Source of the DNA: Octopus sinensis
Taxonomy: Eukaryota
Reading direction: 5' to 3'
DNA length: 64,000 nucleotides
Assembly: GCF_006345805.1 (NCBI RefSeq)
Contig: NC_042998.1
Location: forward strand, 193,254,001-193,318,000
Of this stretch, positions 24,900 to 37,094 are shown one piece after another (the first letter of the stretch is position 1; each line of letters starts with the position of its first letter). The notes under the pieces are model-generated. The model was not told the origin of the DNA. It did no database searches and saw only the letters and a program-made list of their open reading frames with translations. Both the position numbers and the translations under genes were made by a program.

Positions 24900-25577
24900 A
24901 AAGTTGTTTTTATTCCTCTGTGCTTTTCTACTGCAGGAAGCTCACGCACCGGCTTTCTTCTTCTGAGACTCGACTTAGTTCTACTCCCAGCGTTTTACCC
25001 ACATTACGATGTGGCATATTTTTCTGATAGACGTCTTTAAAACAGAGTTTGAATCACCCATGTCTTCTCTTTCGGAAGTCTTGATACTTGCATAACAGAT
25101 CTTTGGGCATCCTCCCACTTGAAATGTAGTTTGCGTGGATGAGTCGGGGCGTCGTTACTGGAGCAGAATAAAGAATGAAAAAGTGCCAGACAAGGTCAGA
25201 GAATCAATCAGTTCACTTAACGTCTAGGATATAAGATGTTGAAACTTCGCTCTGATCTGGAGTAGAGGGTTCCAGGTCTCGCTGCCAAATAACAGAATGC
25301 TGAGGACAGCAGACTCTGAAGTCTGTAATTAATATATTATATACCGCAGCTTGCTCTTCACACCGTTTGCATGGCAAAAACTGAGGTTGCTCTTCCTATT
25401 TGTCTTTTGATTTCTGACTGTGAAAAGGCTGTCTGTGATGCTTCAGCCATGGTATGTGAACTTGCAGACTACCTCGCACTCGTTGATGGTAACGACCGGG
25501 GATGTCCAATGCGTAAGCTCAGAACATTGACCATCGGAGAGTTGGTGATCAAGCCGAAATCTTTACTAACAATACGT
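24900..25577 (-). pseudogene. RTE-clade LINE reverse-transcriptase remnant
   Basis: Fragments VVCKFTYHG, SEIKRQIGRATSVF, VLSILLFGSETW, RMPKDLL, KLCFKDV match RTE ORF2 C-terminal motifs. Confidence 0.8.
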
Positions 25578-25588
25578 ACATCTGATAT

Positions 25589-25896
25589 GTGGAGGCGCAA
25601 TGGCCCAGTGGTTAGGGCAGAGGACTCGCGGTCGTAGGATCGCGGTTTCGATTCCCAGACTGGGCGTTGTGTGTGTCTATTGAGCGAAAACACCTAAAAG
25701 GTCCAAAAGGCTCTGGCAGGGGGTGGTGGCGATCCCTGATGTACTCTTTCACCACTGTTTCTCTCACTCTTTCTTCTGTTGGCCAGCTCGCTTAGCCAGC
25801 GGGGTAGCGTCATTCGAAGGCTAAAACAATGCGAATGCATTGTAACCAGCGATGTGTAGCAACATCTGATGGTCTGGTCGGTCATGTGATCACGTG
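25589..25896 (+). mobile_element. SINE family C, tail type 1, with TSD
   Basis: ACATCTGATAT at 25578-25588 and 25897-25907. Confidence 0.92.
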
Positions 25897-27749
25897 ACAT
25901 CTGATATACTAAAGACTACAGTATCATATTTTCCACTCTAATATCACTGGACTAAATATTTCTTAGTAAGTCAGCATTGTTTTCTATAACATACTTTTAC
26001 TTTTAAAAAATACTTTTCATTAGAGCACATACATCTTACTCCAAAATAATATACTTTCGTTGTATCGTAATTTTTTGCCATAAGATCTTATACTTTTATA
26101 TCTTAATATTACTTTTACTGCATTTTCATTTTAATATAATCTCAACAATGTCTACATCACCTGACAATAATGTTATTATCGTATCACTATAAACTCTTTA
26201 TCATTTATAATAATGTCTATCCCATTAGACATCTAGCTAGGCGGAAATATTTCTAAATGAGAAAATTACTCTGATAATAACAGGAGGTTGCAAGCCATAC
26301 GAGTGGTATATGTGCATGTATGCGCACGCATACTTGTATGATTACATCTAAGTTTATGTATGTGTGTGCGTGTGTGTATGTGCGGGTTTTTCTAGACCGT
26401 TAACAATAATAAAGCCATTTAATAGGTACAAAGCCACACATTTTCATGATGGCAAGTCAAATAACTTACATACAGTACTTTACTAATACTTTATTTTATC
26501 AACTCCAAAAGGATGAATTGCAAGTCAAGTTTGAAGAGGATTTGACCTTGGAACATAAAAGAAACTAAATACTGTTACATATTTGGTCTGTGTCTTAACT
26601 GGAAACCAATGTGAGACATTAACAACAAATAATGAATCCTAAAGGAACAGAACAAAATTAGGGACCCGAGAATTGTCGATTAAGTCCTCATCAAAATATT
26701 ATTTTATTGCGACCTATTAGCAGAATGGTAAAAAATTTGGACAAAATATATTAAAATATTTGTACCGGATCTTTACGTACTGAGACCAAATCTTAGCGAG
26801 AGCAACTTTATTTTATCGACCTCGAAGAGAAAGACAAAGTACCAAGACATGACTGTCGATTGGTGAGATTATTTGAGCGTCGGACAAAATCTGTGGCATT
26901 TGTTCCGTTTATTTGTATCATGAGTTCGTATGCAAATATTACAAACTTCATTTGTACCTTGCTGAAAAGATGGCATCTTGCCAAGGAAAAAAGACAGAAG
27001 AAACGGGAAGAAGGCAACAGGAAGTCATTTTTGTAGTTCCCCCGAATATTCTATAGCTTCTAGTACTTGTGAAGGATGTCACCCGCGGTTATTCGTCGGC
27101 CTCATGGTGCGAGGAATATTATGAGCTGTATCTTTATCCGTCCTCGGGTGCACAACAGATCAGAAATAATATGCAATCGGATCAAGTGCATAGGTTTATA
27201 GGTAGCACTGCATTCCATGTCACCTTCAATTTGTTATCTCCAATTATCATAAATTATCCAATAATATCATGTAATAATCGTTTCTAAAATTGTCGCTGTG
27301 CTTCATATACTTTATAGTAAATGTAATCGATTACAATAAACCAGAAGTTGGTGGACACTTGGTTTTATCGACCTGACAAAGAGAGAATATAAAAGTAAAA
27401 CTCAGTGGGATTTCCGTTCAAAACCTAAAATGTCCCTAAGTCAACAAAATACTACGTCTGTATTTTTACCGATCCTGCCCATCTATTTCTTCATTAATGA
27501 CACCAATTCTTTCTAATTTTGGAACAAGGTTAGCAATTACGTTCAGCTGATACGTAATTTATCGACTCCAACAGCACGGACGGTAAAGAATTTGAACTCA
27601 GAATGTTCGGAAAAAATGTTGCTGATCGTTTTGTCGTACGCACTAATGGTTCACTATCAACTCATCGCCTTAACAATAACAAATCATTTAAACAAAATAT
27701 ATGTATTTCATTAAGTCATTCGATCTGCCCCTCGTCTTTGACATTCTTT

Positions 27750-27960
27750 TATTCTTTTATCCTTGTACTTGTTTCAGTCATTAGGGTTCGGACATTCTGG
27801 AGTTCGGCCTGGAATTTTAGTCGAAATATTTGATCCCAGTGCTCATATTTTTAAAACCTTGTGCCTATTCTATCGGTCTCTTTTGCTGAACCGCTAATGT
27901 ACGGGGACGTAAACGCACAACGCACCAACACCAGTTGTCAAGCAGTGGTGAGGAACAAAC
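27750..27960 (-). mobile_element. SINE family B 3' half, decayed
   Basis: CTTGTTTCAGTCATT...CTATCGGTCTCTTTTGCTGAACCGCTAA. Confidence 0.7.
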
Positions 27961-30165
27961 GACCAAACTTCATGTACTTATTCTCCATCTTGAAACAATT
28001 TCTGTCGATCTCATAGCCAGCCTTCGCAACATTTCCTAAAATGGAACTGAATGCAATTAAAAATTTTAAACACTGATATGTTAATGAATCAATTCCATAA
28101 AATATAGCTCACAATTGTCATTAATGGAAATTACTTGTAGTTTTCACGTGTTCTTAGATCACGTGTTATGTTGATAAGATTTATAACATTGCTACGTAAG
28201 ATGCAGCTAATCGGCAGATTTGTTTGTTTTACAAATGCAATTTCATTGCCATCAGGCAATCATTTGTTTAAAACCCTCACCTAAGAGAACAAAAGGAAAT
28301 GCTGTTTTAAAGATTACCACTTGTGTAAATATTGTAAAAGTCCTCAGAACAATGGCATACGCTTGTCATTTAACATCATCACCTCTTTGTTGTCGCCATC
28401 GTCGTCATCATTATTAATAGTACAAGCAGTAGCAAGAGCAATAAGAACACAAACCGCAACATCAACGAAGTTTTCATAATTTCCTCGTATCATTGTTGCA
28501 GAATTCCTGCTTTCAGAACTTTGCTCATCCTTAACATTATAGAAGAGACTAGCAGCTAAGCCAGTGTTTATGTGTTTAGGATAGTTGATTTATGGAAAAG
28601 ATTGTTAAATTTTTGAAATGCAAATATGTGAATGAAAATTAAGTTCAGACCTCTACATGGTAGCTAGATCTGGTAGAAATAGCAGCCAAATCTCCCTATT
28701 ATCTTAATCCGACAATTCTGCCTATTACGTAGTTTTAATGAGAAACTGTAACTAAAGATTAAGATTATTAACCCCACAAAGAGGTAAAAGAGAGAGGCAG
28801 CATAGCGAAAGTTTTGGCTCATTGTCATCCTGTAATCCCCTCGTTGCTAGCGAAATGGTATATGCCGGTTGTGTGAGCAACTGGTTGTTTTAATGGCGGA
28901 ACCAACAGGGGAATTCCATTTGAAAAGGTTTTAATCGATTTTCTCGGTAAGTATGGGGGCTAGGAATAAATACAAACCGCAATCCAATCTATGCACCCGT
29001 CTCCATATGTATGCCATTTTCCACGCGAAATCACCAAGCCATTTGGCTGTGAACCTCAAGACAAGAAAGAATACAATGATCGCCCATGTCAAATTTATAT
29101 TATAGATTACTATATCAGGCTATCAGTCGATGGATGTCTGAACTAGTAAAGTATCTTAGCACCATTTGCCAGTGAATGGTGTCACTAGTAGAAATCATTA
29201 CATCAGCTCTATCGGCGAGTTCTGAATCTAGTAAAAATCATTTTAGTGTCGTCAAAGGGCAACACATAGCAGAAGCGGGAGAGGTCATTACGGCTGCTCC
29301 ACCAGAGGTCTGTGGCAACTAGAAATGGTAAAGATCATTAATGGTCAATGAATGGTAGAACTTGTAGAATTCGTTAGTTAGCCTCGTCAGCGGTCTGTGT
29401 ATCAGCGGTCTGTGTATCAGTGGTCTATGTGGGGATCATTACCCAGAGATCTTGCAACATATACTGTAGGCCACGAGCATTTAGAGCCCCGCTACCAATT
29501 CTTCTTCAATGAATCGGCACGTATTCTCCCTCCCTTCAACTTTTATGATCATATTCCCTAACTGTTACTGTGATACGCTTTAAATTCGGAAGATCGTAAT
29601 AATCAGATTGATGGTAACATAAACTGTGCAAACGTACTTTATTTTCAGATGCAAATTACCATTCTATTTCTCTGTTTCAATACATTAATGTTGTCATACA
29701 GTAATTGAATTTAATTATATTTTTACTCATAAAGAGAGTCGGTTGAGCAAATTACAATTATTAATATATTATAGAAACCTCAATACTAATCGCGACCATT
29801 AAATCAAACTGAGATTATTAAAGATGTGTACGAACAATCCATGGCGTGAATTACAAGTTTAAATTAATACAGCCATATTTTCGAGTTAAAGCGCATAAAT
29901 TTACATTATATTAGGGATGTGTATTGAGAGATGCTTAAGTAACAATGGTAAAATATTTGTGAATTTGAATAATTTTCCAGCATCTGAATTTTGTTTTTAC
30001 ATTTGATTTAAGATGAAACCCATTCAAGTTCACCAGAAAGTAAGTTCTTACTTGAGGTACTGCTATCATATTTGTTGACGTCAACAGAAAAAGAGGATTG
30101 CTAAGGAAGATATAGATTTCTGGAATACCGGAACTATTGACTATTACAAGTTATTTGTTTATAAA

Positions 30166-30553
30166 GTGGAGGCGCAATGGCCCAGTGGTTAGGGCAGCGG
30201 ACTCGCGGTCATAGGATCGCGGTTTCGATTCCCAGACCGGGCGTTATGAGTGTTTATTGAGCGAAAACACCTAAAAAGCTGCACGAGGCTCCGGCAGGGG
30301 ATGGTGGTGATCCCTGCTGTACTCTTTCACCACAACTTTCTCTCACTCTTACTTCCTGTTTCTGTTGTACCTGTATTTCAAGGGGCCGGCCTTGCCACTC
30401 TCTGTGTCACGCTGAATATCCCCGAGAACTACGTTAAGGGTGCACGTGTCTGTGGACTGGTCAGCCACTTACATGTTAATTTCACGAGCAGGCTGTTCCG
30501 TTGATTCGGATCAACCGGAACCCTCATCGTCGTTGCCGACGGAGTGCTTCCCC
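30166..30553 (+). mobile_element. SINE family C, tail type 2, with TSD
   Basis: ATTTGTTTATAAAG on both flanks (30153, 30555); tail CCGGAACCCTCATCGTCG. Confidence 0.92.
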
Positions 30554-31317
30554 CATTTGTTTATAAAGCTCATTCCATTAAATATTACCTTTTTCAAATA
30601 CGTGGTACATTTTCAGAACTTTCAGAAGTAGAAGCTTTAATTGAATTTTACTAAGGGTGGAATCTAAGGTGGTTGTGGTAGTAGTGGGGTTCTAAGCTGT
30701 AGTCTCTGAGAACTAACATAATTCCAACCATACTGGCAGATAAGTAAAAAATCAAGCAATATGCAAAATAAATAGTGAATTCCTTGTATACATTTTCGTT
30801 GCAACTCGTCCCCGCGTAGTGCGAGCGGGTATTTAATACAAGTTGGATCCATGAGAATTCGATGAAATAGCTAGATTTCAGCTGACATAAATACGAGGTA
30901 TGTCTAAACTAGCTTTATACCTAAAACGATATAATGTTTAGATTTGGGACATTTTTCAGAATGCAATGGAAATTTGCTCTCTTTCTCACAAGTTTTGGCT
31001 TAGATATGTTTAAAGTTTGGTAGAAAAGGTATTAGCACCTAAATAAAACCATTGTTTTATGAAACGTGTAATACAGATGCGAAGAGAGACCTTCGCATAA
31101 AGATATTGTAAGGCTGGTACTGATGCACAGAGACAAAGATGAATTTGTGAAAGCAACGGACGCTGAACAAAACTATTGGCATACACTTTTGGAGCGAGTA
31201 CATTAAGTAAATTTAGTTGAAAAAAGCCTTTCATTTGATGATAGTGATGAAGCTATGGACTCCTCATACTGAAAACTGTTTCATGTTGTACAATTATTAA
31301 AGTTTGACCTTGTTTAT

Positions 31318-31589
31318 TTCTTCTCGAGCCATGCCTGGCTCATAAGGGCCGGTTTCCCCATCTGGATGGGACGCCGGTCCGTCGCAGGTGAGCTGCAAGA
31401 TGCAGGAGGAAAGAGTGAGAAAAGGTTGTGGCGAAAGAGTCAGCAGAAGTTCGCCATTACCTTCTGCCGGAAACACGTAGAGCTTAGTTATTTTCGCTCA
31501 TAAACACACATATCGCCCGGTCTGAGATTCGAACCCGCGATCCCTCGACCGCGAGTCCGCTGCTCTAACCACTAGGCCATGTGCCTCCA
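31318..31589 (-). mobile_element. SINE family C variant, tail type 4
   Basis: Head GGAGGCACATGGCCTAGTGGTTAGAGCAGCGGACTCGCGG; tail GGGAAACCGGCCCTTATGAGCCAGGCATGGCTCGAG. Confidence 0.85.
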
Positions 31590-32038
31590 GTATATCACAT
31601 AGCTATTCATACAAACAAAATATAGAAAACATAAATGAGGTATGCAAGGGATATATCAATCTGATTAGATTCACTATACTGGATCCCTTTATCATTAAAA
31701 TAAAAGCTGCATAGTTATTATTCCGATTCATTTGATACTAGCTTCAGCTTCATCCAATATGGACCAACTAATTTAGCGCGATGTGTGTCATCGTCTGGGT
31801 CAACTGAAAGATTTGTGAATTTGGTGATATGTATGATTGATGAACAACCTACTCATAGGTTACTTGACTTGTTAAAGAAAGACGGCATTGACATAAAAGA
31901 CTGCCTTGATCAAAATTATGGCAATGCCAGCAACATAACTGGCAAGAATAATGGCTTATATGTACAAATTTAAGAGCTGAGTTAGTTTGCAGATTCCATG
32001 TTTTGTTCGTTCATTAAGTTTAGTTGGAAAATATCTTA

Positions 32039-32180
32039 AATGTGAGGTATATTTGCCATCTCAATATGGCTAACCACTAAGGGTGGGTGTTACTGTAGCT
32101 TGTAGCCCCAGGAGAACAAGCGACAGTAACACCCACCCTTAGTGGTTAGCCATATTGAGATGGCAAATATACCTCACATT
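32039..32180. repeat. Near-perfect foldback: 65-bp arms, 12-nt loop
   Basis: 32039-32103 is the reverse complement of 32116-32180 with one mismatch. Confidence 0.95.
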
Positions 32181-32784
32181 GTCGTGCAGTTACTGTTTAT
32201 ACCTCGTTCAGAGATTTATTAATCCTGTTAAATTTTGTCAAGAAACAATTTTTTGATAATTTTAATTAAGTCTTAACACATTTATTTCTTATGGGGGAAC
32301 GTTTCCGTTTCCATAGGGTATATTTTCTGTTGCATTGTTTGGTTTCGGTGCTCATACACCTGTTGTGAAAAGAGTGTCGTATGCCAGGCAGTCATCTCAT
32401 GCAGATAAAACGGAAGCACTTTTGCACAATTATTCAACAATAAAAATCTGAGATGTCGTTTGAAATAAGAGGGATCGGGAAAGAATGCCGATAGATTTGT
32501 GAACTACGTTCAACCGCGCTGACAATGGAAACGCACATGACTGTCATATATGGGATGAAGTGTATAACACCTACACACACACACACATTTATTTTTATTG
32601 TACATTAAATTTACTTTTATAATCCAGTTGGCAGATTCAATTTAATAGAAGTGTTTACTTTCTAAGCATTATAGACCGGCTATATGTTTATATCCAAATG
32701 CTTCAACATATGCCTGTACAACGTTTGCTGTATCAAGACATATATATGTACGAGTTTTGTACGTTATTGTATGTCTATACGTGT

Positions 32785-33035
32785 ATCCCTCCTCATCTAA
32801 CCCCCCTCCCCCCTCCTCACCTATCCTTTCTCCCCCCGACCCCTACTTCTTCAGTCCTTCATCCTTTCACCCCTACTCCCCTTCCTTCTTCCCTCTTTCT
32901 CTCCCTGCCTCTTCCCCTTCCCTCTGCTCCCTCTCTCCCCTTCCTTCTCCCCCATCCTCTCCTCTTCCCCCTTCTCCTCCCCTCTTCTTCCCCTCCCCTT
33001 CTCTCCCCCTCTTCTCCCCCTCCCCCTCTTCTCCT
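32785..33035. repeat. Polypyrimidine (CT-rich) tract
   Basis: ~250 bp almost only C/T; source of Pro/Leu and Gly/Arg ORFs. Confidence 0.9.
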
Positions 33036-33089
33036 CACTACACCACATGACTTTACACATCACATCACATATGATGTGCCATACTAATA

Positions 33090-33410
33090 CACACACCAAC
33101 TAATACATACTAATACGTACTAATACATACTAGTACATACTAATACTTACACCAACCCTATACATACACACGTCCAGACCCCGCATACGCACTTATACTC
33201 TCTCACACACACACACACCTATACATACCAATACGTACTAATACATACTAATACATACTAATACATACACCAATCCCATACATATGCACGTCCAGACCAA
33301 TCCTACGCACTAATACTCTCTCATACACACACACACACACACACACCCTTATACATACTAATACATACACCAACCCTATACATACACACATCCAGACCCC
33401 TCCCACGCAC
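33090..33410. repeat. Compound tandem repeat: (CTAATACATA)n plus three ~100-120-bp units
   Basis: ACCAACCCTATACATACACACGTCCAGACC-like block recurs near 33150, 33269 and 33369. Confidence 0.8.
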
Positions 33411-33583
33411 TTTTAGCTGGTCCCTCAACCCTTTTATCAACCCTATTATCTCCCCTTATTTCGCTCTCGCGTCTCATGTTTGATCTTTGACCTCTGGCCG
33501 AAATCAGATCGCCATGTTGATTCGTTAGCTACTGCACGCATTTTTTTTCTCTCCTTCTTTCTGTGTTTTTCTCTCTCTGTGTA

Positions 33584-33621
33584 TCTTTCTGTTGAAGAGC
33601 GTAGGCTCGAAACGTTAAAGA
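33584..33621 (+). ncRNA. Minimal hammerhead-like motif in Penelope-like terminal repeat (degenerate core)
   Basis: TCTTT-CTGTTGA-A-GAGC GTAG GCTC-GAAAC-GTT-AAAGA: stem I 5 bp, stem II 4 bp, palindromic AACGTT stem III. Confidence 0.5.
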
Positions 33622-33733
33622 CTTGTTTTATTTATATTTCCTGAGCGCCATACTAATACAATTGTTCGTTTGTTTTCCACCTGCCTTCGTCTTTTGTTTA
33701 TTTTCATAAAGCTTCCCGTTATATATATATATA

Positions 33734-34226
33734 TATAATACAAATAAGAAAATGGAGTAGCAGATATTACAGATATTATAATGTTGGATTATTTATTCAT
33801 TTTACAAATTAGAACATCAAAAGCATACAAAAATATTATATAAATCAATAGATAAGATAATAATACAAATACAGATTATAAAAGTCAATAACCTCTGACG
33901 AGGCCTATGGTTTTTTTAATATATAAGTATTATATTTTTTAAATACCTACAACCTTAGTATATTGACATCTATAGGCAATTAAAATTAAATTTACTTCTG
34001 ACCATAGGCTGAAACAGCTGTAAGAAGTAATATTTAGGATTTCATCAATTTATAGAATGACTTTTATAATCTGTATTTGTATTATTATCTTATCTATTGA
34101 TTTATATAATATTTTGTATGCTCTTGATGTTCTAATTTGTAAAATGAATAAATAATCCAACATTATAATATCTGTAAGTTGATGAACAAACCAAATTTGT
34201 TTCTCCATTTTCTTATTTGTATTATA
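33734..34226. repeat. ~490-bp inverted-repeat element
   Basis: Inner arms 33767-33887 / 34058-34177 (about 2 differences) and outer arms 33734-33757 / 34203-34226. Confidence 0.93.
33895..34030 (+). ncRNA. Split hammerhead-like motif with a 91-nt stem II loop
   Basis: CTGACGA-GGCCTATGG...CCATAGGCT-GAAAC-AGCT-GTA-AGAAGTAA; complete CUGANGA, GAAA and GUA core. Confidence 0.5.
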
Positions 34227-34395
34227 AATTTACGGTAAAAATATTTCTTTACCTTCACCCGTTTAATACAATAAATGACTTAATTGCATTGCAATTAAAA
34301 ACATTTGTGTATTAAGAATTTGGTTACTTTACCAACGGTATATTGGATAAATGATATCCCATAGTGGGTTACACCCATAACCCCTATCTTACTTT

Positions 34396-34459
<64 letters not shown>

Positions 34460-34570
34460 ATCCAAACAAGAAAACACAGAAAAAAAGAGAAAAAAAGAGA
34501 AAAAAACACAGCAACGCAGGACGTGGAACAATTAAAGTATTATTGACGCTCAGGAAAGAAGGGAAGGAGG

Positions 34571-34605
34571 GCTTAACGTTTCGAGCGGAGCTCTTCGTCG
34601 GAAAC
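34571..34605 (-). ncRNA. Minimal hammerhead-like motif, copy 1
   Basis: Minus strand GTTT-CCGACGA-A-GAGC TCC GCTC-GAAAC-GTT-AAGC. Confidence 0.5.
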
Positions 34606-35082
34606 AAGGAGAAGGAAAGATCCCAAGGAGGGAAGACAGAGGAGACAATATTTGAGCTGGTGGTGCTTACATACATACATATAAATATGTGCATATACCC
34701 ATATTTGTATAAGTGTATGGATGTATTTGTATTTCCAAATAGGTATGTGTGTACATATAATTACATATGTATGTGTGTGTTTGAATGTGTGTGTACTGAT
34801 GATCGTGTTTTTATAGGTGCTTATCCGCATAGAAGTTACTATGTATATATGTGCGAGCATTTATACATGCATTCGTATGTATGTGTATCTATATGTGTAT
34901 ATATGTATACTTGATTGTATATATATATATATACATGTTTGTGTATATATATTATATATATATATATAGTTAATCCAAACAAGAAAACACAGAAAAAAAG
35001 AGAAAAAAAGAGAAAAAAACACAGCAACGCAGGACGTGGAACAATTAAAGTATTATTGACGCTCAGGAAAGAAGGGAAGGAG

Positions 35083-35117
35083 GGTTAACGTTTCGAGCGG
35101 AGCTCTTCGTCGGAAAC
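35083..35117 (-). ncRNA. Minimal hammerhead-like motif, copy 2
   Basis: Same as 34571-34605 with a 1-bp deletion in the stem I 3' strand. Confidence 0.5.
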
Positions 35118-35639
35118 AAGGAGAAGGAAAGATCCCAAGGAGGGAAGACAGAGGAGACAATATTTGAGCTGGTGGTGCTTACATACATACATATAAATAT
35201 GTGCATATACCCATATTTGTATAAGTGTATGGATGTATTTGTATTTCCAAATAGGTATGTGTGTACATATAATTACATATGTATGTGTGTGTTTGAATGT
35301 GTGTGTACTGATGATCGTGTTTTTATAGGTGCTTATCCGCATAGAAGTTACTATGTATATATGTGCGAGCATTTATACATGCATTCGTATGTATGTGTAT
35401 CTATATGTGTATATATGTATACTTGATTGTATATATATATATATACATGTTTGTGTGTGTGTGGTCTATATGTATATTAATAGGTATAAGTGTATACAAT
35501 TGCGTGAGTGTGGGTGTGTATATTTTGTATGTTAATGCTTATATGTATGTTTTTCTATATAAGTGTGAGTATTGTTTTGGTTTAACTACAGTTCATTGCG
35601 ATAGAAAGTTAGAAAATATAATTAAAACTGAGGTCCGTA

Positions 35640-35790
35640 AACTTCTAAGTGTAGTCTTTTGACCGTTTAATACTATCTAAAAATTGCTGCTATTCAATAA
35701 TATCTCTTGCTTTAATCTTTATTCCTCCAGCTGTCTATTCCCTGTTGGAGTTGTTTATAAGTGAACATTTTAGTAACATGGTCGATTCCA
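35640..35790 (-). pseudogene. Possible Penelope ORF (GIY-YIG) C-terminal remnant
   Basis: PTGNRQLEE*RLKQEILLNSSNF*IVLN just upstream of the tandem units; weak resemblance only. Confidence 0.3.
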
Positions 35791-36780
35791 TTTTAATTTG
35801 GCTGTTTAAATAAGTAATTTAGGCACACACACACATACACTCCCATACTAATACTTAAACCTAATATCCATATGTGTACGTTTGGGCATGCGACTGGTTC
35901 AAACTTTACATAAATCACTTCGCTGTCCCATTGCATTGTGCATATATCAAACTAGCCCACAGAAAATATGTATTGATACAAATAACGGTTAATATGTACA
36001 ATACTATGTTCTTGCGGTATCTATGTTGCGCCCAAACCATATCTGCTGTGTACACAGTTGTATCTACTTAATTTATAAGACAGTTAAAATCACTCACTTC
36101 ATCAAATTTTTACGAATATAAATATTGTACTTCCTATATTTATATCTATTTTGACCCTTTTACAAGAAAAGAACATTAAATTTCGGTTTCCAGCTACATA
36201 TCCGTAATTTTGCCGAAATATAGACTAATGTACCATTTATACAAAGCCGCTCTATTTCTCACTGGAAGTTGTTGAATTGAAATTCTGCGATGAAAGATTT
36301 GTCAATATTTCTTTTCGTTTCCTTTTTATGACAGCAGATATCAGATTTTTGGAATTTCTCTTGATGAAAAAAGAGGTTACAAAGGCTATAAGAGTAAATA
36401 CATAATATGGAATATTAAACGATCTATTCAGAAACTTGTGAATGCTGCTGCTCTTTCATGTGTTAAAGAAAGCCATAGAATGAATACGTGATCACTCATG
36501 AATAAACTTCGTTCGTTATCGTCACTTTATTAAATCTCAGGCCTCGGTTTCTTTTCTAGCGTTAGTGACCTCTCCGGATAATTTTATGGGTCGCGCAACA
36601 TCATTTACCTGACATAAATCATTTTTAAAGTCATTTCTTTATTTAACGGTATTTATTATATATTCAATTGCCTTTCTAACGTTTTCAATATGTTGTTATC
36701 AATATGAATACCATTTGGATGTATTTCAGGCAAATTTTAGAGAATAATATTTGAAATTGTTCCTATTTCTTTATTGTACC

Positions 36781-36921
36781 TTAGCTGTTCAGCAGAAGAG
36801 ACTGATAGAATAAGCACCAGGTTTACAGGGAATAAGTCCAGGGGGTCAATTTCTTCGACTAAAGGGTGGAGCTCCAGCATAGCCACCGTCAAATAACTGA
36901 AACAAGTAAAAGAATAAAAGA
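36781..36921 (+). mobile_element. SINE family B tail (part of inverted duplication)
   Basis: Shares diagnostic substitutions with 13716-13858. Confidence 0.85.
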
Positions 36922-37094
36922 AATCGAGAAAAAAGTTCCGTACCTCTAAAGCAAGAGAGTTCTCTGAATATGTAGGGTGTATTTTAAGGTTGAATAGTAA
37001 TTCTGTTTACGTTTGAGTAACTGAGATATTTTGGATGGATTATATAGTTATCAGTTTTACACTTCTTTCTATATTCTGTTACTGTCGCAATATA

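Larger units (their letters stand above)
30780..32240 (+). pseudogene. Decayed hAT (ZMYM1/DUF4371-like) transposase, interrupted by a SINE and a hairpin
   Basis: EQNYWHTLLERV...KSLSFDDSDE...VQLLKFD (31.14-31.31 kb) and LKKDGIDIKDCLDQNYGNASNITGKNNG...CFVRSLSLVG (31.87-32.03 kb) resemble GLDIxxCRGQxYDNASNMxG and CxAHSLNLV motifs. Confidence 0.7.
34456..35456 (-). mobile_element. Tandem 512/513-bp duplication of a Penelope-like pseudo-LTR
   Basis: Unit starts at 34456 and 34969, nearly identical; each carries a hammerhead-like motif and the TTCCTGAGCG block also found at 33638. Confidence 0.75.
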
